Shown here one piece after another: positions 46,024-50,294 of a DNA stretch of 50,294 nucleotides. The notes beneath the pieces were generated by a model. It was not told where the DNA came from. It did no database searches and was given only the letters and a program-made list of their open reading frames with translations. Source of the DNA: a virus (taxonomy: Duplodnaviria > Caudoviricetes); the IMG/VR virus record IMGVR_UViG_3300017991_000020, positions 1-50,294 of that record. One strand, 5' to 3'. Position 1 is the stretch's first letter. The number at the start of each line of letters is the position of its first letter. The position numbers and the translations under genes were made by a program.

Positions 46024-46259
46024 CTGACGAGGAACTTTTAAAACACAAAGAAGAAAATAATTTATGGGACCACATACATTCCTTCTTATCGGTATTTAAG
46101 AAAATGAAGGAAGGCAAGTGGAACTGGACCAAGAACGCCAAGTGTAAGTATGTTGTGCTTAGGGTTGATATGAGAGACGGTGGTTGCATTATAAGCGACA
46201 GGAACGGAAGGAGAATATCACCAAAGATGCTTGCTTACCAATGTGATGAGGACAAATGA
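46020..46259 (+). CDS. Hypothetical protein
   Basis: ATGA overlap with the queE stop. Confidence 0.6.
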   Translation: MTDEELLKHKEENNLWDHIHSFLSVFKKMKEGKWNWTKNAKCKYVVLRVDMRDGGCIISDRNGRRISPKMLAYQCDEDK

Positions 46260-46260
46260 G

Positions 46261-46932
46261 ATGACAAGAAAAGGCTTTTGCGAACTACCATTAATCAAGA
46301 TCAAAGAATGTGCTTGGAACTACAAGCTTGATGACAAAGAGCTTGAGTCAAAGCTGAAGGCAAACATTGAGAAGAACGGCCAGATAGAGAATCTTATAGT
46401 TCGTTCTATCAAAGATGGTTTGTATGAGTGTGTAAACGGGAACCATAGATTAAAGGTTCTTAGAGATCTTGGTGTTGATAAGGTGAGGGTGTTTAATCTT
46501 GGCACCATTTCTCAAGCAAAGGCAAAGAGAATTGCGGTTGAGACCAATGAGACAAAGTTCAGGTCAGATCCTTTGAAGCTTTGCGATGTTGTTAGAGAAG
46601 TTCATGATGAGTTTGGTATGGTTGATATTTCTGAGACACTTCCATATACAGGTGATGAGATTGAGACGCTTATATCCTTGGATGATCCCCCCAAAGAGGA
46701 AGAGAAGGATGAGCCTAAGTACACCAACCAGGAGACAAAGACAAAGTTTATTGTTGATGGTTCTTTGGGTGTTTTAATGAGGGGTCAAGTTGATAGGATC
46801 AAGCACTTCATATACCCAGACCGAGCTCCTGAGAATGTACCAGACTCTGCTGCTTTTGATTTCATGTGTGGTTATTTTTCTACTATGTCAGACAATGAAC
46901 TTAAAGCAGAGGTCTACTCGTCACTTGAATGA
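46261..46932 (+). CDS. ParB/Srx-like N-terminal domain protein
   Basis: 'WNY...LKANIEKNGQIENLIVR...YECVNGNHRLK' ParB box. Confidence 0.85.
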   Translation: MTRKGFCELPLIKIKECAWNYKLDDKELESKLKANIEKNGQIENLIVRSIKDGLYECVNGNHRLKVLRDLGVDKVRVFNLGTISQAKAKRIAVETNETKFRSDPLKLCDVVREVHDEFGMVDISETLPYTGDEIETLISLDDPPKEEEKDEPKYTNQETKTKFIVDGSLGVLMRGQVDRIKHFIYPDRAPENVPDSAAFDFMCGYFSTMSDNELKAEVYSSLE

Positions 46933-47022
46933 TGACAATTGATACCAGATGGTGGTATTGTTTGTTGTGGCTTAGAACTCAGTATTCATCATCTAGTGCT
47001 TGTAAAAAATTATTCCCTTATT

Positions 47023-47052
47023 AAGAGAGCTTGTTGTGGGCTCTCTTTTTTT
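47023..47052 (+). terminator. Terminator of the RHH-queE-ParB operon
   Basis: aagagagctt-gttgt-gggctctctt followed by a T run. Confidence 0.7.
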
Positions 47053-47056
47053 ATAA

Positions 47057-47087
47057 AGAAAAACCCCAGGTGAGTGCTGACCTGGGG
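47057..47087 (-). terminator. Terminator of the minus-strand small-gene cluster
   Basis: Minus strand CCCCAGGT...ACCTGGGG followed by TTTTT. Confidence 0.7.
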
Positions 47088-47142
47088 ACGTATTGAACCA
47101 ATCAAAAGCCAAGAGGCTGGCTTCCGAAGACTACATACAATG

Positions 47143-47334
47143 CTATGCACTCTTTTTCAATTCTCTTAAAAGTTTGTGAAGTTCAATATCAATCATGAGC
47201 ATCTCATCATAAGTCTCTTGAACTTCCTGGCGCTGAATAAACGGGTTGCTTATCAACTTAATATACTTGCTGTGCAGAAGCTCGCGCCTCTGTTTCATTG
47301 ATTCAATCTTTTGTTTGAAGTCGTACATATTCAT
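47143..47334 (-). CDS. Hypothetical coiled-coil protein
   Basis: SD AAGGAG. Confidence 0.6.
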   Translation of the reverse strand: MNMYDFKQKIESMKQRRELLHSKYIKLISNPFIQRQEVQETYDEMLMIDIELHKLLRELKKSA

Positions 47335-47504
47335 GAGTTTTTCTCCTTCCTCTTAAATTGCTTGACTTGCCCATAGCCCATTCTTGAGCGTTCTTGATCT
47401 TTGAATCTTGCCCATGCAACGAGCAGCAAGAAACAAAGTATAACGTTTATACTTAAAGCTATTCCGATCCACTTAAGGACCTCAATAAAGAGGTCCGTGG
47501 TCAT
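47331..47504 (-). CDS. 57-aa membrane protein (not in the ORF track)
   Basis: MTTDLFIEVLKWIGIALSINVILCFLLLVAWARFKDQ...; ATGA overlaps at both ends; SD AGGAG. Confidence 0.65.
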   Translation of the reverse strand: MTTDLFIEVLKWIGIALSINVILCFLLLVAWARFKDQERSRMGYGQVKQFKRKEKNS

Positions 47505-47809
47505 TTCTTTTCTCCTATGTTTTTGAGTTCAAACTCAAGGTAGTGTGCTTCCTTCTCATAGTCCTTGAGGTCTTCAACACCGAGATCCTTCTTGATCTTG
47601 TCTCTGTCTGGGTAGGAGTTTTTTCTGTTGCTTGCAACAATGAGAATGTCCCCAGCAATGATTGACTTGTCTTTGTCCATGAGAGATTCGAAGTGTTCCT
47701 TGAGCGCCTTCTCTCTCTTCTTAAGAGCGTTGAGTTTTTTGAGTTGGGATTTAACTCTCATGAACTCAATCGCCAGCATGATGTCTTCTTTTCTTCTTGT
47801 TCTTTTCAT
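47501..47809 (-). CDS. Hypothetical coiled-coil protein
   Basis: SD AAGGA; basic coiled coil. Confidence 0.6.
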   Translation of the reverse strand: MKRTRRKEDIMLAIEFMRVKSQLKKLNALKKREKALKEHFESLMDKDKSIIAGDILIVASNRKNSYPDRDKIKKDLGVEDLKDYEKEAHYLEFELKNIGEKK

Positions 47810-48181
47810 GTATGTAGTCCTTCCGTTTTTTTGGTGGGCACCAATTGCCCTTCATGCCTTTATTAGATGCAACGAACGTGCCATATTGTATCTGGTTGTA
47901 ATCATTAAGACGCACCAGTGCGACGGCACACAGACTGTTGATTTTTTATACAACTTTTCTGTAACTAACTAATATTATTACTGACCAAATGTTAGTCGGT
48001 GCTTAATCCTTAGGCACCCATAAGTCCCTGTATTCCTTTGGTTGGGTCAGACAGAGACCTCTCTGGTGAGATAAGAAGCAAGAGTCATGCCAAAGTTACT
48101 GACATGTTACTAACAGTGAGGGGTGAGATAACAAGTAAGATATCTTTATTATTAGTTCCTTACATTTTTTTGTTGCAAAGT

Positions 48182-48391
48182 TTATAGTTTTAACTTCTGT
48201 TTCGGCTTCTTATTTTCTTCTGCTTCGATCCTGTAAGTTGCTACTCTCACAGTAAAAACAACGTCGGCAATGCATTCAAGCTCACACTCAGGGCACTGCC
48301 ACAGTTCTCTCTTTTGAAACTTGGAATCATCGATAGGCATGGTCTCAACATATTGGCAATAGGGACACTCATATTTTGCATCATAAGACAT
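48182..48391 (-). CDS. Small Zn-ribbon protein
   Basis: CPYC...CPEC; SD AAGGAG. Confidence 0.65.
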   Translation of the reverse strand: MSYDAKYECPYCQYVETMPIDDSKFQKRELWQCPECELECIADVVFTVRVATYRIEAEENKKPKQKLKL

Positions 48392-48531
48392 GGTTTTTCT
48401 CCTTTTGTTGTCGCTTAAATATAGTTGTTTTTGTGGCGTTTATCTATTGCTTTTTTCGGAATAGAAATTTATAAACCGAGTGACAATGAACGGCACCTGC
48501 ATACACATTGAATAGCAACTGAAGGAGAGCT

Positions 48532-49407
48532 ATGGACATAAAAACTATAGGAAGCAAGGAAGAACTTAACAAGCTTCATGAGGAAGGTAAGCTCATTGGT
48601 TTTTTCTATATCGAGAACGATCTCTATCATGAGGGACCTGGGTTAAATCACTCGACACTTAAAAATATATTCCCACCCAATACCCCACTTGATTTTAAGT
48701 TTAAGTCTCAATTTAAGTACAAGTCTAAAGCAAAGGACTTTGGGAACGCTTGTCACATTGCAGCCTTTGAGCCTGAGATCCTTGACGAGAGCATTGTTGT
48801 GATGCCTGAGATCAACAGAAGAACCAAGGTTGGTAAGGAAGAGTATGCTGAGTTTATGGAAGCCAGCAAGGGCAAGATAGTGCTCACAGAGCAGGAAGTG
48901 AAGACCCTTGAGAACTTAAAGGAGAGCATGAGCAATCACCCTGTTGTCGGTGGACTCATAACTAACAGCATTGGGTGCCCAGAGATTGCTGGTTATTTTA
49001 AATACGGCAAACACCTTTGTAAGTTTAAGTGTGACTATCTGCTTTTCGAAGAGAGGGTTGTGCTTGATCTTAAGACAACGAGACATGACTCACCATACTT
49101 GTTTGAACAGGACTGCAGGAAGCTGAACTATGATACAGCAGCAGCCTTCTACTGTTTAGGTCTCAACATTCTTACTGGGTATGATTTTGACTTTGTGTGG
49201 GTTGTTGTTGAGAAGAACCCACCGCACAAGACCTACTTAACAATGCCTGGTCCAGACTGGTTTGAGAGAGCCGATGAGACAGTTGAGAGAGCTCTTGCTC
49301 TTTACGATGAGTGTACGATCTCAGGAGAGTGGCCTGGACAGACGACTGACATCATAACTCTTGACGGTCCTAAATGGTTTGTTGAGGGGGGACTGAGGTG
49401 GAGCTAA
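48532..49407 (+). CDS. RecE/exonuclease VIII-like PD-(D/E)xK exonuclease (DUF3799-like)
   Basis: 'YH...GLNHSTLK', 'FGNACH...EP', 'KFKCDY..VLDLKTT' and 'VVVEKNPP' motifs. Confidence 0.88.
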   Translation: MDIKTIGSKEELNKLHEEGKLIGFFYIENDLYHEGPGLNHSTLKNIFPPNTPLDFKFKSQFKYKSKAKDFGNACHIAAFEPEILDESIVVMPEINRRTKVGKEEYAEFMEASKGKIVLTEQEVKTLENLKESMSNHPVVGGLITNSIGCPEIAGYFKYGKHLCKFKCDYLLFEERVVLDLKTTRHDSPYLFEQDCRKLNYDTAAAFYCLGLNILTGYDFDFVWVVVEKNPPHKTYLTMPGPDWFERADETVERALALYDECTISGEWPGQTTDIITLDGPKWFVEGGLRWS

Positions 49408-49685
49408 TACCAGAATTGATTGAGGTGCAGACAATGACTTTTGATGAGGTTTGCACAGCGTTGAGGTTAAGCAAGAGAACAGTGGTAAGGATCATGGACA
49501 AAGATGAGACCTTCCCTAAACCTAAAAAAATTTCAAGACAGACGGTGCGGTTTTTTAAAAAAGAGATAAAGGAGTGGATAGATGACAGACACGAACAATG
49601 CAAAGATTTACGCAGCAATTGCAGCGGTCATGAAGGAAGTGAACGCTATAACCAAGGACCAGAAAAACGAGATTCAGAGATATAA
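49398..49685 (+). CDS. AlpA-family/excisionase-like DNA-binding protein
   Basis: 'EVCTALRLSKRTV.R......FPKPKKIS..TVRF...EIKEWI' AlpA signature. Confidence 0.8.
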   Translation: MELIPELIEVQTMTFDEVCTALRLSKRTVVRIMDKDETFPKPKKISRQTVRFFKKEIKEWIDDRHEQCKDLRSNCSGHEGSERYNQGPEKRDSEI

Positions 49686-50294
49686 CTACCGATCGATTGA
49701 TGATGTCTACAATGAACTACATGACATCATGGCAAAGCATGAGGTATTCACAACAGCAAAAGTTATTGAGAGCAAGTCCAATACGTTTGCAAACAACAAT
49801 GGCAAGAGGGCTGTTCACGTACAGAACAGATATGAGTTTACCTTCCATACCACTGACGGTTCTTCTTTATCGACAGAGGCAATTGGTGAGTCCATAGACA
49901 CGAGTGACAAGGCTTGCAATAAAGCTTCCTCAATGGCTCATAAGACAGCCCTTCTTCAGACGTTCCTCATCCCAACCAAAGAGGACAAGGACCCAGACAA
50001 GCACTCTCACGAGATCCCAATGGACCAGAGCCAACCACAGAATGCCAACCAGAGATTAAGGCAAGCTCAACAAAGAGCTCCACAGCAGAGTCCTGCTCCT
50101 CAGAGAGCACCTCGTCAGCAACCAAGACCACAACAACCCAGGCAGCAGGCTGTCCCAGATATGCCGCCACAAGCTCCATGGCCTGACGCTCCACCGCCAG
50201 ACATTGACCTAGATACTAATGTCATTCCTATGCCAAGTGACCATGACACAAAAAGCTTCACGCAAAATGGCCTGCCTTCAATGAAGTCTGTGTG
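49582..50294 (+). CDS. erf: ERF-family ssDNA-annealing protein, 5' part; continues across the junction to the stop at 277 (about 288 aa)
   Basis: Hand translation from ATG 49582 (SD AAGGAG): MTDTNNAKIYAAIAAVMKEVNAITKDQKNEIQRYNYRSIDDVYNELHDIMAKHEV...GESIDTSDKACNKASSMAHKTALLQTFLIPT, an ERF-like pattern followed by a Gln/Pro-rich linker; same frame as ORF 59..277; lies downstream of a RecE-like exonuclease. Confidence 0.85.
   Translation, partial: MTDTNNAKIYAAIAAVMKEVNAITKDQKNEIQRYNYRSIDDVYNELHDIMAKHEVFTTAKVIESKSNTFANNNGKRAVHVQNRYEFTFHTTDGSSLSTEAIGESIDTSDKACNKASSMAHKTALLQTFLIPTKEDKDPDKHSHEIPMDQSQPQNANQRLRQAQQRAPQQSPAPQRAPRQQPRPQQPRQQAVPDMPPQAPWPDAPPPDIDLDTNVIPMPSDHDTKSFTQNGLPSMKSV
50172..50294. 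repeat. Terminal direct repeat copy 2
   Basis: Identical to 1-123. Confidence 0.95.

Noticed and set aside
48065-48140. CRISPR array
   Set aside because: Only two imperfect 19-bp repeats, no third copy at the same period, no palindrome and no cas genes
44940-48530. tRNA genes or a preQ1 riboswitch near queE
   Set aside because: No cloverleaf with T-loop GTTCRA and no convincing preQ1 consensus found by eye; tRNAscan-SE/Infernal would be needed to exclude them fully
49697-50194. Listed ORFs 49697..49897 (+) and 49967..50194 (-)
   Set aside because: They overlap the ERF reading frame, which has a recognisable family pattern

Overview
The window is an apparently complete, circularly assembled dsDNA tailed-phage genome with siphovirus-type organisation. 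Bases 1-123 repeat exactly at 50172-50294, giving a unit length of about 50,171 bp, and an ERF-family annealing-protein gene missed by the ORF track reads through the junction. The + strand arm (about 48.5 kb through the junction to 10.3 kb) carries recombination and replication genes: RecE-like exonuclease, AlpA-like HTH, ERF, putative initiator and loader, VRR-NUC, ParB-like, thermonuclease, an amidase and many small accessory genes. The - strand arm (44.9 to 10.4 kb) carries a small-gene cluster with a DHH phosphoesterase and a Tad1-like sponge, then terminase, portal fused to a gpF-like domain, prohead protease, HK97 capsid, neck and tail genes with a -1 frameshift chaperone, tape measure, tail tip, fibres and a putative lysis cassette. 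I recognised no integrase, DNA polymerase, tRNA or CRISPR array. The most unusual features are: three consecutive fibre-like proteins with Sec-type signal peptides; a prohead protease with two XRE-like HTH domains; a RebB (R-body)-like moron; a DHH + Tad1-like pair; an orphan queE-ParB operon; a lipoprotein in the endolysin slot; and a possible type I toxin-antitoxin-like locus. All family calls come from motif recognition by eye, with no database searches.
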